Shown here: piece after piece, positions 17,996 to 27,640 of the stretch
Position numbering within the stretch: position 1 is the first letter of the stretch
How the letters are laid out: the number at the start of each line of letters is the position of its first letter
Assembly: GCA_033762195.1 (NCBI GenBank)
Contig: JANRLV010000150.1
Coordinates: 30,064 to 94,063, forward strand
Direction: 5' to 3'
Source: Chitinophagaceae bacterium
Lineage (GTDB): Bacteria; Bacteroidota; Bacteroidia; Chitinophagales; Chitinophagaceae
Length of the DNA: 64,000 bases
The notes under the pieces: generated by a model
The model's input: only the letters and a program-made list of their open reading frames with translations
Told to the model about the DNA's origin: nothing
Databases searched by the model: none
Program-made: the position numbers and the translations under genes

Positions 17996-18590
17996 GACGC
18001 TACTCAAAGAACAAAAGAGGATCGAAGTGTGTGCTGAAGCCTGTGATGGAAATGAGTTGATCAAGCTCGCGGCTAAGCATAATCCGGATGTCATCATCAC
18101 TGATGTACAAATGCCCGGTATGAATGGAATAGAAGCTTCGCGGATCATCAAGAATAAGTATCCGCTGATCCGCATCATTGCGTTGACCATGCACAGTGAT
18201 GACTACCTGATTGTGGACATGCTCGATGCCGGCGCCTCGGGCTATGTTATAAAAGCAACAACCACCCAGGAGTTGATGAATTCGATCATGACGGTGTATG
18301 AAGGGGGTAACTATTTTTGTCACTATACCTCTATTCAGTTGACCAACATGATCGCCCGGAGTAAATCACAAGTCATGGGTGGGTTGAGCAAAGCCAATTT
18401 TTCAAACAATGAGAAGGAGATCATTCGGTTGATCTGTGATCAAAGGGCCAGTAAGGAGATCGCCAGTATTACCGGACTGGCCCATCGAACGGTGGAGAAA
18501 TACCGGGACCGGATCATGGAAAAGACCGGTTCCCGGAATATGGCAGGTATCGTTCTGTTTGCCATCCGGCATGGCATATACAAACCTTGA
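17934..18590 (+). CDS. Response regulator, NarL/FixJ (LuxR-type HTH) family
   Basis: The receiver domain shows 'IKLLIADDHSLFRD...DVIITDVQMPGMNG'. The LuxR HTH shows 'EKEIIRLICDQRASKEIASITGLAHRTVEKYRDRIMEKTG'. The start was chosen at the ATG at 17934. Confidence 0.9.
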   Translation: MTRPIKLLIADDHSLFRDAVKTLLKEQKRIEVCAEACDGNELIKLAAKHNPDVIITDVQMPGMNGIEASRIIKNKYPLIRIIALTMHSDDYLIVDMLDAGASGYVIKATTTQELMNSIMTVYEGGNYFCHYTSIQLTNMIARSKSQVMGGLSKANFSNNEKEIIRLICDQRASKEIASITGLAHRTVEKYRDRIMEKTGSRNMAGIVLFAIRHGIYKP

Positions 18591-18601
18591 CCAGCCCACC
18601 C

Positions 18602-18895
18602 TTACCCCTTCTTTAACTTTACAACCAGTCGCCCGCGCTCATTGGCAAGGGCGATTATGGTTTTATAGGGGGCGGAGCCAATCTGTACACTATCAAAGGG
18701 CCGAACCCCCGCCAATTCAAAATATCCATCCGCATTGGTTTGCGTTTGCATGCCCGTGCGAAAATGATAAACCACCATACCCTTTATCGGATCATGGTCC
18801 TCATTAAACGCTTTTCCCTTTAACCGATAGGGAAAGAGCAAACTTCCCCCAATGCCTACGAGAATAGGCAAAAAGATGATTCCTTTCATTTTCAT
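18602..18895 (-). CDS. Small secreted carboxypeptidase-regulatory-like domain protein
   Basis: It has a signal/TM peptide and a single beta-sandwich-like segment 'TNADGYFELAGV' typical of CarboxypepD_reg. Confidence 0.45.
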   Translation of the reverse strand: MKMKGIIFLPILVGIGGSLLFPYRLKGKAFNEDHDPIKGMVVYHFRTGMQTQTNADGYFELAGVRPFDSVQIGSAPYKTIIALANERGRLVVKLKKG

Positions 18896-19024
18896 GATTC
18901 AGGTTTTAATGTAAAATGGATTATGAGCCTTTACCTAAGTCCGAATTTGATTGCTCATGAAATAAGTGGAGTCAACAGGTGGTATTAAAAACGGATACTA
19001 TACGGTACAAAAATATACACTTTA

Positions 19025-19456
19025 ATGTATATAATGTATAATCAAAGTCTACTTTTTTATACACAATACTTGATTTCTTTAACCCCGGTGAAAAGTAAAC
19101 GGACACATATACACCGGGGCCAAGCCCTGGCTGCCGCCGTGGAAATAACGGGACTGGGAAAGGAAGAAGTAGCTTCTAAAGCGGGGTATTCACGTTCGGC
19201 CTATTACAAACATATTGAGAACCCTCAGTTGGAGTATCATATTCTTATTGCCTATGGCCGCGCGATCGGTCATGATTTTACAGAAGAATTTCCCGACATG
19301 CCCCGGTATTCGCTCGAGGAACCGGAAGAGAAATACGCCCCACCTCAAAACCTGGCTGAGGCCATTCGCTTGTCTGAACTATGGAAGGATAAATACCTGG
19401 AATTGCTGGAAAAATATAACCGGTTGATTGAAGAGCGCCTGTCGAAAAAAGGATAG
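19025..19456 (+). CDS. Helix-turn-helix protein (start uncertain; alternative GTG at 19088)
   Basis: An HTH-like segment 'GLGKEEVASKAGYSRSAYYKHIE' is followed by a coiled C-terminus. Confidence 0.45.
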   Translation: MYIMYNQSLLFYTQYLISLTPVKSKRTHIHRGQALAAAVEITGLGKEEVASKAGYSRSAYYKHIENPQLEYHILIAYGRAIGHDFTEEFPDMPRYSLEEPEEKYAPPQNLAEAIRLSELWKDKYLELLEKYNRLIEERLSKKG

Positions 19457-19474
19457 GGATGGACCATTCATCCA

Positions 19475-20233
19475 TCACTCTTCCTTTCTCAACTCACCCG
19501 CTTTCTTCCGAATCTGGTAATCCTCAAACGCCTTTTTAATGTATAATTGAAAATCGTACTCCGGTGTGACGAGGGCAAAATCATAGTCGGGCTTGTAGAG
19601 CAGGATAAAGGTATCGAGTTCACCACCCTTTAAACCGGTGAGCCGTACGATCAGGCCTTTGTTGAAACGGCTGTTGACAAAAGCATCGCGTTCATCTTCC
19701 AATAACCTCCGTTGGGTAGCCAGCATGCTCTTGTTCTTTCTGAATTGAAACATCCGGATGATCTCATTGATATCAAATCCAACCCCGGAGCTGCTCACCG
19801 ATGGGCGAAGCTTGGCCTTTTCATATTCAAATATCTTGGCATAGTCCAGCCTGTTCTGGATCGAGTCCATTTTATAATTACGTGGCTTTAGCCGGATCTC
19901 CTTTAAAACGGGAATCGTGATCTGAAGGGAAATATCAAACTGGGTCTCATTTTGAATCGCTGAAACCGCGTATTTCTGGGTGGGTTTACCCAGGTAGGAG
20001 AACCACACGCTGTCATTCTCATTCACCAGGATTTCATATTTACCCTGTGCATTGGTGACCGCCCCGCGGCCGGCACTGCTCAATACGGTTACTGACTCCA
20101 ATGGGAAAAACCGCGTGCTGTCATATACCACTCCTTTTAAATAGAATTGTTGGGCAGAAACGGGCAAAGTGCCCAGTATTTGCAAAATAATAAGCAGGAT
20201 TAGGTATGAAAAAGGTCTTCTCAAGAAAGGCAA
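19475..20233 (-). CDS. Carboxypeptidase-like regulatory domain-containing protein
   Basis: The signal peptide is followed by 'LKGVVYDSTRFFPLESVTVL...TNAQGKYEI', which is CarboxypepD_reg-like. Confidence 0.6.
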   Translation of the reverse strand: MPFLRRPFSYLILLIILQILGTLPVSAQQFYLKGVVYDSTRFFPLESVTVLSSAGRGAVTNAQGKYEILVNENDSVWFSYLGKPTQKYAVSAIQNETQFDISLQITIPVLKEIRLKPRNYKMDSIQNRLDYAKIFEYEKAKLRPSVSSSGVGFDINEIIRMFQFRKNKSMLATQRRLLEDERDAFVNSRFNKGLIVRLTGLKGGELDTFILLYKPDYDFALVTPEYDFQLYIKKAFEDYQIRKKAGELRKEE

Positions 20234-20300
20234 GTAACAAAAGAATTTGCAAATGCTATTGTAAAAATAGTCCGTTTAATCTGCGTCATCCTGATATTGA

Positions 20301-20861
20301 TTACACGGATTGCACGGATGTAAGGAGTTTAACGGCTGCGGGGAAATGCCGGTGCTCCAATACCTGTACTTTTTTGGCCAGGGATTCTGGAGTGTCACCA
20401 GGTTCAATGGCACAAATGGCCTGAAGGATCACCTGGCCATGATCATATAGTTCATCCACATAATGAATGGAAATGCCGCTTTCTTTTTCTCCCGCTGCGA
20501 TCACAGCCTCATGTACAAAATGGCCATACATGCCCTTGCCCCCATATTTGGGTAACAAGGCCGGATGTATATTAATGATCTGACGGGGGAAGGCCTTGAT
20601 AAGGGTAACCGGGACTTTCCATAAAAAACCGGCCAGAACGATCAACCCGATACCCATTTTGTTTAACTCGGGTACATATCCATCACCACGCAGAAATCGC
20701 TCTTTGTCCAGCACCAGTGTGGGAATGCCGTTTCTTTCCGCAATGGCCAAAACCCCGGCATCTGGTTTATTTGAAATGATGAGGGCCACCCCCGGCACCT
20801 GTTCGATGATCTTTTGGGCGTTTGATCCTGTGCCTGAGGCAAATATGGCGATCTTGGTCAT
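20301..20861 (-). CDS. purN: Phosphoribosylglycinamide formyltransferase
   Basis: PurN motifs 'IAIFASGTGSNAQKI' and 'IINIHPALLPKYGGKGMYG' are present, plus the conserved Asp region. Confidence 0.92.
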   Translation of the reverse strand: MTKIAIFASGTGSNAQKIIEQVPGVALIISNKPDAGVLAIAERNGIPTLVLDKERFLRGDGYVPELNKMGIGLIVLAGFLWKVPVTLIKAFPRQIINIHPALLPKYGGKGMYGHFVHEAVIAAGEKESGISIHYVDELYDHGQVILQAICAIEPGDTPESLAKKVQVLEHRHFPAAVKLLTSVQSV

Positions 20862-20884
20862 GGTGCAAACCTATGAATTTGTTT

Positions 20885-20996
20885 GGAAGTCGGAGGTCGG
20901 GGGACGGGGGTCCGGAGTTGGACACTAATTTTTGTTTTCCGACTCCCGACTCCCGACTTCCGACCCCGGACTCTGGACCCCCCTACTTCCAACTCC
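20885..20996. repeat. GC-rich imperfect palindromic repeat (GGAGTCCG/CGGACTCC family), copy B
   Basis: The left arm 'ggaagtcggaggtcgggggacgggggtccggagttgga' faces the right arm 'tccgactcccgactcccgacttccgaccccggactctggaccccc..tccaactcc'. The core is shared with copies A and C. Confidence 0.75.
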
Positions 20997-21263
20997 CATC
21001 TTCTTCCCGATCTTCCGGATATATTTAATAAAAAATGAATATTGGCCAAAGGGGATGCTGACCAGGATCACAGCAATTGGCCAAAGAAGGGTAACTAACA
21101 GGATATATAATACAGCCCAGATCCAGTCGGAGATATCGGGCAACAGGTTCATGATCTTCTTGCCGACAAAACCCGTCAGGCTCCCGCCAAGGGCAAAAGT
21201 GCAAAGGATAAGTACGAGTTGACCCGCACCAACACCCCATTTCTTCTTTAGGTTTTCAAACAT
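20925..21263 (-). CDS. Small membrane protein (2-3 TM), hypothetical; C-terminal tail encoded by repeat copy B
   Basis: The likely start is 'MFENLKKKWGV' at 21263. Its hydrophobic helices are followed by a tail 'MGVGSRGVQSPGSEVGSRESENKN' that lies within the repeat. Confidence 0.5.
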   Translation of the reverse strand: MFENLKKKWGVGAGQLVLILCTFALGGSLTGFVGKKIMNLLPDISDWIWAVLYILLVTLLWPIAVILVSIPFGQYSFFIKYIRKIGKKMGVGSRGVQSPGSEVGSRESENKN

Positions 21264-21350
21264 GTAATCTGAAATGAGCGGCAAAACTCGGGTAAAAAAC
21301 CCATCTTTTCACACTATTCATGCTAACGGTAGCTGAGTTGACGAATTTCT

Positions 21351-21376
21351 GACAATCATTAAAAGATGTGATTGTC
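21351..21376. promoter_or_regulatory. Perfect 8-bp inverted repeat GACAATCA-N10-TGATTGTC upstream of the ACIII operon
   Basis: Seen directly in the sequence, about 140 nt upstream of the actA start. Its function is unknown. Confidence 0.3.
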
Positions 21377-21516
21377 TAAAACCTCAAAATCCGCTGAAAC
21401 GCAGTCTGGTACTCACTCAAAAAAAAATTAAACCTGTTGGTGTTTTGTTAATTTCCTGACTTATTTTTGCAGCCAACTCAGGAATTTTATCCACATTTTA
21501 CAGATTAATTGCTTCT

Positions 21517-22857
21517 ATGATTCTTTGTAAATCAATCGCTAAGAGACTGCCCATTCTAAGCATTTTTCTGGTTGTTTTTTCGATACAAAATGGCTTCGCG
21601 CAGGATGGTCAGCAGTTGTTCAAAAGCAATTGCGCCAGTTGTCACCACCCGCTTAATAATGGTACTGGTCCGGCCCTGAAAGGGGTTGATGGACGTGGAC
21701 CTTGGGGGGATCGTCAGAATCTGTATGACTGGGTACATAATCCAGCAGGGTTCATGGCGAAAGACAAGTACACACAGGACCTGAAGGTGCAGTATGGTAC
21801 GATGATGACCGGTTTTCCTGCGTTGAAAAATGAGGAGATCGATGCGATCATTGATTACGTCAACAATTTTGCACCGCCTGCCGAGAAGAAGGATGAAACA
21901 GCCTCTGGCGCTCCTGATGCTTCAAGCAGCCGGAATGCGTTGATCTTTGGGATCATTTCCCTGATCCTCGCCATCATCGCGCTGATCCTGATGCAGGTGA
22001 ACAGCAACCTGAAGAAACTGAGTGATGATAAAGAAGGTATCCTTCGTCCGGAGCCGGTTCCTTTCTGGAAAAACAAGGTGTATATCGCCATGGGTATCAT
22101 CTTCCTCTTTGTGGTAGGAGGATACTATGTGGTAAAAGGCGCTATCGGACTTGGCCGCCAAACCGACTACACTCCCGAACAACCCATTTTCTATTCGCAT
22201 AAAGTTCACGCAGGCATCAATCAGATTAACTGCTTATACTGTCACGGTAACGCCTGGGAGAGCAAACATGCCGCTATCCCTTCGACCAATGTTTGTATGA
22301 ACTGTCATAAGAACATTCTGGAATACAAAGGGGGACCTATTTTCAATGCCGATGGAGAGGAAGTGGATGGAAATGCTGAATTGAAGAAACTGTTTACCTA
22401 TGCCGGTTTCGATCCGCTGAACCCCAATGCCTGGGATGCAACCAAAGCCAAAGAGATTCCCTGGGTAAAAATTCACAACCTGCCTGACCATGCTTATTTC
22501 AACCACTCCCAGCATATTCGTGCAGGAAATGTACAGTGCCAAAGCTGTCATGGTGAGATCACGGCCATGGATGAGGTAAAACAAGTAAATGAACTGAGCA
22601 TGGGCTGGTGCGTGAACTGTCACCGCCAAACCAAGGTGAATTTCTACACCGTGGATGATCAAGGCAATGAAAGCGGAAATAAATTCTATAGCATTTACGA
22701 GAAATTCCGCCGCGATCTTCGCCCCGATACACTCAAAGATGCAAAAGGCCATTATTTACTCGATAATAATGGTAAATATGTTATCCATAGCGCCAAGATG
22801 GACAGCGTGACCGTAAAGGATATTGGTGGTCTTGAATGTCAAAAATGCCACTATTGA
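21517..22857 (+). CDS. actA: Alternative Complex III subunit ActA, multihaem cytochrome c (six CxxCH motifs)
   Basis: The six motifs are CASCH, CLYCH, CMNCH, CQSCH, CVNCH and CQKCH. It has two TM helices and is the first gene of the act operon. Confidence 0.85.
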   Translation: MILCKSIAKRLPILSIFLVVFSIQNGFAQDGQQLFKSNCASCHHPLNNGTGPALKGVDGRGPWGDRQNLYDWVHNPAGFMAKDKYTQDLKVQYGTMMTGFPALKNEEIDAIIDYVNNFAPPAEKKDETASGAPDASSSRNALIFGIISLILAIIALILMQVNSNLKKLSDDKEGILRPEPVPFWKNKVYIAMGIIFLFVVGGYYVVKGAIGLGRQTDYTPEQPIFYSHKVHAGINQINCLYCHGNAWESKHAAIPSTNVCMNCHKNILEYKGGPIFNADGEEVDGNAELKKLFTYAGFDPLNPNAWDATKAKEIPWVKIHNLPDHAYFNHSQHIRAGNVQCQSCHGEITAMDEVKQVNELSMGWCVNCHRQTKVNFYTVDDQGNESGNKFYSIYEKFRRDLRPDTLKDAKGHYLLDNNGKYVIHSAKMDSVTVKDIGGLECQKCHY

Positions 22858-22906
22858 TCCACGTGAGGTCATTTGTAAAAATTGTAAAAAACTCAAACCA
22901 AGATAA

Positions 22907-25900
22907 ATGAGCGATAAAAAGTACTGGCAAAGTTTTAGTGAGTTGGCGAACAGTGAGGAGTATGAGAAAAAGATCCAGAACGAATTCCAGGAAGAACTTC
23001 CCTTTGAGGACGCGAACGGCAAAGGCTGGATGGATGCCTCCGCTCCGCGTCGCGATTTCCTGAAATACCTGGGATTTAGCACAGCTGCCGCTACACTGGC
23101 CAGTTGTAAGACACCGGTACGGAAGGCCATCCCATTTGCCAATAAACCGGAGAATGTGATTCCCGGTGTGGCAAAATATTATGCCACTACTTATGTGCAG
23201 GATGGAGATGTGATTCCTGTATTGGCCAAAGTACGCGATGGCCGCCCGATCAAGATCGAAGGGAATACGCTTTGCTCATTTACCGAAGGTGGTACTTCTG
23301 CCCGCGCACAAGCATCCGTGCTTGACCTGTATGATACCAACCGTCTTCGTCACCCCAAAGAACGCATTGTAAAAGGAGATACCGTTAGTTATGAAGAGGT
23401 GCCTTCTTTTGAAAAACTGGATAAGACCATTGCCGAGCAATTGGCCGCCCTGGGAACAGGAAAAGCGGTCTTATTGACCAGCACCCTGGTTTCTCCTTCG
23501 ACAAAAGCGCTTATCGCCCAGTTTCCAAACATTCAGCATGTTCAATTCGATGCTGATTCATATAGTGGTATGCTGCTGGCCAACGAAGCCAGTTTTGGCA
23601 GCCGCGCCATTCCTTCCTACCATTTCAGCAAAGCCAAAGTGGTGGTAAGCCTCGGCGCCGATTTTCTGGCAACCTGGCTGAGCCCTGTGGAATTTTCCCG
23701 CGGCTGGTCCAAGACCCGCAAGATCAATGAGAAGAACCCGGAGATGGGTAAACACTATCAGTTCGAGAGCCATATGAGCACTACCGGTGCCAATGCCGAC
23801 GAACGCTTTACTCACCGTCCTTCAGAAACAGGTGCTGTTGCCCTGGCACTTTATGCCGCTTTGGGTGGTCCTGTCAGCGCAACCGTTTCAGATAAAGTGA
23901 AGAAAGGTATCGCGAAAGCTGCGGCTGACCTGAAAGCGCATATGGGTAATGCCCTTGTGGTTTCCGGCAGCAATGATGTGAATGTTCAATTGATCGTGAA
24001 CGCCATCAACAGCCTGATCGGTGCCTATGGTACTACCATTGATTGGTCATCTACCCTGAATTATCGCCAGGGTATCGATAGCCAGATGGAGCAACTGGTA
24101 GCAGATATGGAAGCCGGTACAGTGGGTGCGCTTATGGTACATGGCGCCAACCCGGTGTATGAATACCACCATGCGGATAAATTCAAAAAGGCATTGGCCA
24201 AAGTGAAACTCACCGTTTCTTTTGGTGAAAAACTGGACGAGACCTCTGAACTCTGCAAATACATCATCCCTACACACCACTTCCTGGAAAGCTGGGGCGA
24301 TGCAGAGCCTAAATCAGGATATTATAGCTTTATTCAACCAACGATCCATCCGCTGTTCAAAACCCGTTACATGCAGACTTCACTGCTGAAATGGTTTGGC
24401 GACGGGACGGATTATGAAACTTATTTCCGGAATTATTGGACCGGTAAAGTAGCCAGTCTGGATGCTGCCCTGCAAAACGGAGTTGTTGAACCCGCTGCAG
24501 GTGGTGCCACTTCCGGGTCCTTTAATGGTGCAGGCGTAGCCGCAGCCGCTGCTGCGATCGGTGGATACAAAAAAGGCGGTGCTGCTGAACTGGTACTTTA
24601 TCAAAAAGTATCGATCGGAACAGGTAAACAGGCCACCAACCCCTGGTTACAGGAACTGCCCGATCCTATTACCAAAGCGACCTGGGACAACTACGCCATG
24701 ATGTCCATGACCATGGCCAAAGAATTACTGGGTCTTGATCTCACCGACAAGAAGAACGAAAAAGAAATCAATAATTACGAATTCTTCCCTTCCAAACCTG
24801 TTATCTCGATCAAAGGCAATGGTGGCGAAGCCATCAACCTGCCTGTTCTGGTGATTCCCGGTATGGATCCACATACCATTGCGATTGCGGTGGGATATGG
24901 ACGTTCGGAGAAACTGGGTATGACCGCCGGTGGTCCAGGTAAGAATGTATTTGGATTCAAATCATTTAACGGTACAACAACGGAAATGATGAACGCATCC
25001 GTTGAAGTAGCCAAAGTTAAAGACACCTATAAAATCGCGCAGACACAGATCCACGGTTCTTACGAAGACCGTTTTGAAGTAGTGCGTGAGACCACATTGG
25101 CCACCTTTAAGAAAGATCCCAACCAGTTTAAAAAATACCGCGAGAAACTCGCTGAAGATTTTGCTCCCAAAACGGGCGATTATCGCAAAGAAGCGACCAT
25201 TTACCCTCAACATACCCAACCGGGTTTGAAATGGGGTATGAGCATTGACATGAACAGCTGTTTTGGCTGTGGCGCCTGTGTGGTGGCTTGTAATGCGGAG
25301 AACAATATTCCGGTGGTAGGACGTAGTGAAGTAATGCGTTACCACGATATGCACTGGTTGCGTATTGACCGGTATTTTGTGACCGATGAGCACAACCCGG
25401 ATGATGTAAAGTCGGTTGTGTTCCAGCCCATGCTTTGTCAGCACTGTGACAACGCGCCTTGCGAAAACGTTTGTCCGGTAGCAGCTACCAACCATAGCAT
25501 GGAGGGGCTGAACCAGATGACCTATAACCGTTGTATCGGTACCCGTTATTGCGCCAATAACTGTCCGTATAAAGTACGTCGTTTCAACTGGTCTGATTAT
25601 ACCGGGGCTGACAGCTTCCCGAATAACCAGGATCAGCAGATCGTAGGTAAACTTGATCCGGTGGTTCATCAGATGGGCGATAGTCTTTCCCGCATGGTAT
25701 TGAATCCTGATGTAACCGTAAGAAGCCGTGGGGTGATTGAAAAATGTTCTTTCTGCGTTCAACGTTTGCAGGAAGCCAAACTCACCGCGAAAAAGGAGAA
25801 CAGGGTATTGGCCGATGGCGATGCCAGGACAGCTTGTATGACAGCCTGCCCTTCCGACGCGATCGTATTCGGAAATGTGCATGATGCCGAAAGCCGTATC

Positions 25901-26083
25901 ACCAAGGTGCGGGAGGAGAATGATCAGCGCCTGTTCTATGTGATCGAGCAGTTGCATACGCTTCCGAACGTAAGCTACCTGGCCAAGATCCGGAACACCG
26001 AAGAGATCATTGAATCCGGTGACCACCATGCAGCAGCGGAAGGAGAAGCCAAGAAAACAGAACATGCCGCGCCGGCACATTAA
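22907..26083 (+). CDS. actB: Alternative Complex III subunit ActB (Tat-exported molybdopterin-oxidoreductase-like domain fused to a 4Fe-4S ferredoxin-like domain)
   Basis: It has the Tat signal 'RRDFLKYLGFSTAAA', a length of about 1050 aa and Cys clusters 'CFGCGACVVAC', 'CQHCDNAPCENVCP', 'CIGTRYCANNCP' and 'CSFCVQR'. Confidence 0.9.
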   Translation: MSDKKYWQSFSELANSEEYEKKIQNEFQEELPFEDANGKGWMDASAPRRDFLKYLGFSTAAATLASCKTPVRKAIPFANKPENVIPGVAKYYATTYVQDGDVIPVLAKVRDGRPIKIEGNTLCSFTEGGTSARAQASVLDLYDTNRLRHPKERIVKGDTVSYEEVPSFEKLDKTIAEQLAALGTGKAVLLTSTLVSPSTKALIAQFPNIQHVQFDADSYSGMLLANEASFGSRAIPSYHFSKAKVVVSLGADFLATWLSPVEFSRGWSKTRKINEKNPEMGKHYQFESHMSTTGANADERFTHRPSETGAVALALYAALGGPVSATVSDKVKKGIAKAAADLKAHMGNALVVSGSNDVNVQLIVNAINSLIGAYGTTIDWSSTLNYRQGIDSQMEQLVADMEAGTVGALMVHGANPVYEYHHADKFKKALAKVKLTVSFGEKLDETSELCKYIIPTHHFLESWGDAEPKSGYYSFIQPTIHPLFKTRYMQTSLLKWFGDGTDYETYFRNYWTGKVASLDAALQNGVVEPAAGGATSGSFNGAGVAAAAAAIGGYKKGGAAELVLYQKVSIGTGKQATNPWLQELPDPITKATWDNYAMMSMTMAKELLGLDLTDKKNEKEINNYEFFPSKPVISIKGNGGEAINLPVLVIPGMDPHTIAIAVGYGRSEKLGMTAGGPGKNVFGFKSFNGTTTEMMNASVEVAKVKDTYKIAQTQIHGSYEDRFEVVRETTLATFKKDPNQFKKYREKLAEDFAPKTGDYRKEATIYPQHTQPGLKWGMSIDMNSCFGCGACVVACNAENNIPVVGRSEVMRYHDMHWLRIDRYFVTDEHNPDDVKSVVFQPMLCQHCDNAPCENVCPVAATNHSMEGLNQMTYNRCIGTRYCANNCPYKVRRFNWSDYTGADSFPNNQDQQIVGKLDPVVHQMGDSLSRMVLNPDVTVRSRGVIEKCSFCVQRLQEAKLTAKKENRVLADGDARTACMTACPSDAIVFGNVHDAESRITKVREENDQRLFYVIEQLHTLPNVSYLAKIRNTEEIIESGDHHAAAEGEAKKTEHAAPAH

Positions 26084-26155
26084 AAGAAAGTAAAGGTCAA
26101 TTTCAAATAAGAAAAAAAGCCAACAGCGAATAGCTCACAGCTCAAAGTACACAAC

Positions 26156-27610
26156 ATGGCATTACTCAGATACGAATCTCAGGTACGGGCCCCATTGGTC
26201 GATGGTACAAAGGATTATCACCAGGTAACGGAAGATATCTGCCGTCCGGTGGAGGCTAGACCTTCCCGGCTGTGGTGGATCGGTTTCCTGATCTCCGTAG
26301 CGCTTCTTGTTTTTGGTATCGTTTCCGTAACGGTGGAGGTTATCTACGGTACGGGTCAGTGGAACCTGAACAAGACGATCGGTTGGGGTTGGGACATCAC
26401 CAACTTCGTTTGGTGGGTAGGTATTGGTCACGCCGGTACCCTGATCTCCGCGATCCTTTTGCTCTTCCGTCAGGGATGGCGTACCGGTGTAAACCGTGCC
26501 GCGGAGGCCATGACCATCTTTGCGGTAATGTGCGCCGGTCAGTTCCCGATCTGGCACATGGGTCGCGTGTGGGATGCCTTCTTTGTATTGCCTTATCCGA
26601 ATACACGTGGTCCGTTGTGGGTGAACTTTAACTCACCCTTGTTGTGGGACGTATTCGCGATCTCAACGTATTTCACTGTATCTCTTTTGTTCTGGTATTC
26701 TGGTTTGCTTCCCGATCTGGCCACACTCCGTGACCGGGCCAGGGAAAAGTGGAGAAAGATGTTTTATGGAGTAGCTGCTTTTGGCTGGACAGGTAGTACC
26801 AAACACTGGCAGCGGCATGAAGCGCTCTCGCTGGTATTGGCGGGTTTGTCAACCCCCCTCGTACTTTCAGTGCACACGATCGTATCATTTGACTTTGCCA
26901 CCTCGGTCATTCCCGGTTGGCATACCACCATCTTCCCTCCTTATTTCGTGGCAGGTGCCATCTTCTCCGGTTTCGCCATGGTGCAAACCCTGTTGGTGGT
27001 TACCCGTAAAGTACTCGGATTGGAAGATTATATCACGATGGAGCATATTGACGTCATGAACAAGGTGATCGTGTTGACCGGTTCGATCGTTGGTATCGCC
27101 TATCTCACCGAATTATTCATTGCCTGGTATGGCGCCAACTCCTACGAGTGGTACGCCTTCAAGGAGAACCGCGTAAACCTGAACTCACCCTATGGATGGA
27201 GTTACTGGATCATGATGGGTTGTAACGTATTGTCGCCACAGATCTTCTGGTTCCGCAAAATGAGAAGAAACCTGACAGTGACCTTCTTCATGTCGATCCT
27301 CGTGAATATCGGTATGTGGTTCGAGCGTTTTGTGATCATCGTTACTTCCATCTACCGCGATTATTTGCCCAGTAGCTGGAGTACCTATTATACCCCCACT
27401 ATCTGGGAGGTAGGGTTCTATATGGGAACATTCGGGTTGTTCTTTACCTGTTATTTCCTGTTCTCCAAATTCTTCCCGGTTATCGCGCTTGCGGAGATCA
27501 AGCATATCCTGAAGAAGAATGGAGAAAGCTACAAAGCAAACATGGCACAACTGGAAACGCAGAAACCCGAGGAGTTCGGACACGATCATTCGCATGATCA
27601 TGGCGCTTAA
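26156..27610 (+). CDS. actC: Alternative Complex III subunit ActC (NrfD/PsrC-like quinol-binding membrane subunit)
   Basis: A protein with about 10 TM helices in the NrfD family pattern, positioned after actB. It has a His-rich C-terminus. Confidence 0.88.
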   Translation: MALLRYESQVRAPLVDGTKDYHQVTEDICRPVEARPSRLWWIGFLISVALLVFGIVSVTVEVIYGTGQWNLNKTIGWGWDITNFVWWVGIGHAGTLISAILLLFRQGWRTGVNRAAEAMTIFAVMCAGQFPIWHMGRVWDAFFVLPYPNTRGPLWVNFNSPLLWDVFAISTYFTVSLLFWYSGLLPDLATLRDRAREKWRKMFYGVAAFGWTGSTKHWQRHEALSLVLAGLSTPLVLSVHTIVSFDFATSVIPGWHTTIFPPYFVAGAIFSGFAMVQTLLVVTRKVLGLEDYITMEHIDVMNKVIVLTGSIVGIAYLTELFIAWYGANSYEWYAFKENRVNLNSPYGWSYWIMMGCNVLSPQIFWFRKMRRNLTVTFFMSILVNIGMWFERFVIIVTSIYRDYLPSSWSTYYTPTIWEVGFYMGTFGLFFTCYFLFSKFFPVIALAEIKHILKKNGESYKANMAQLETQKPEEFGHDHSHDHGA

Positions 27611-27640
27611 TAATTAAAAGAAACTATTAAAGCTGATATA

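Noticed and set aside
24962-26080. 372-aa minus-strand ORF
   Set aside because: It lies entirely antisense to the strongly conserved ActB Fe-S domain, and its product is low-complexity with no recognisable motif. It is a typical shadow ORF.
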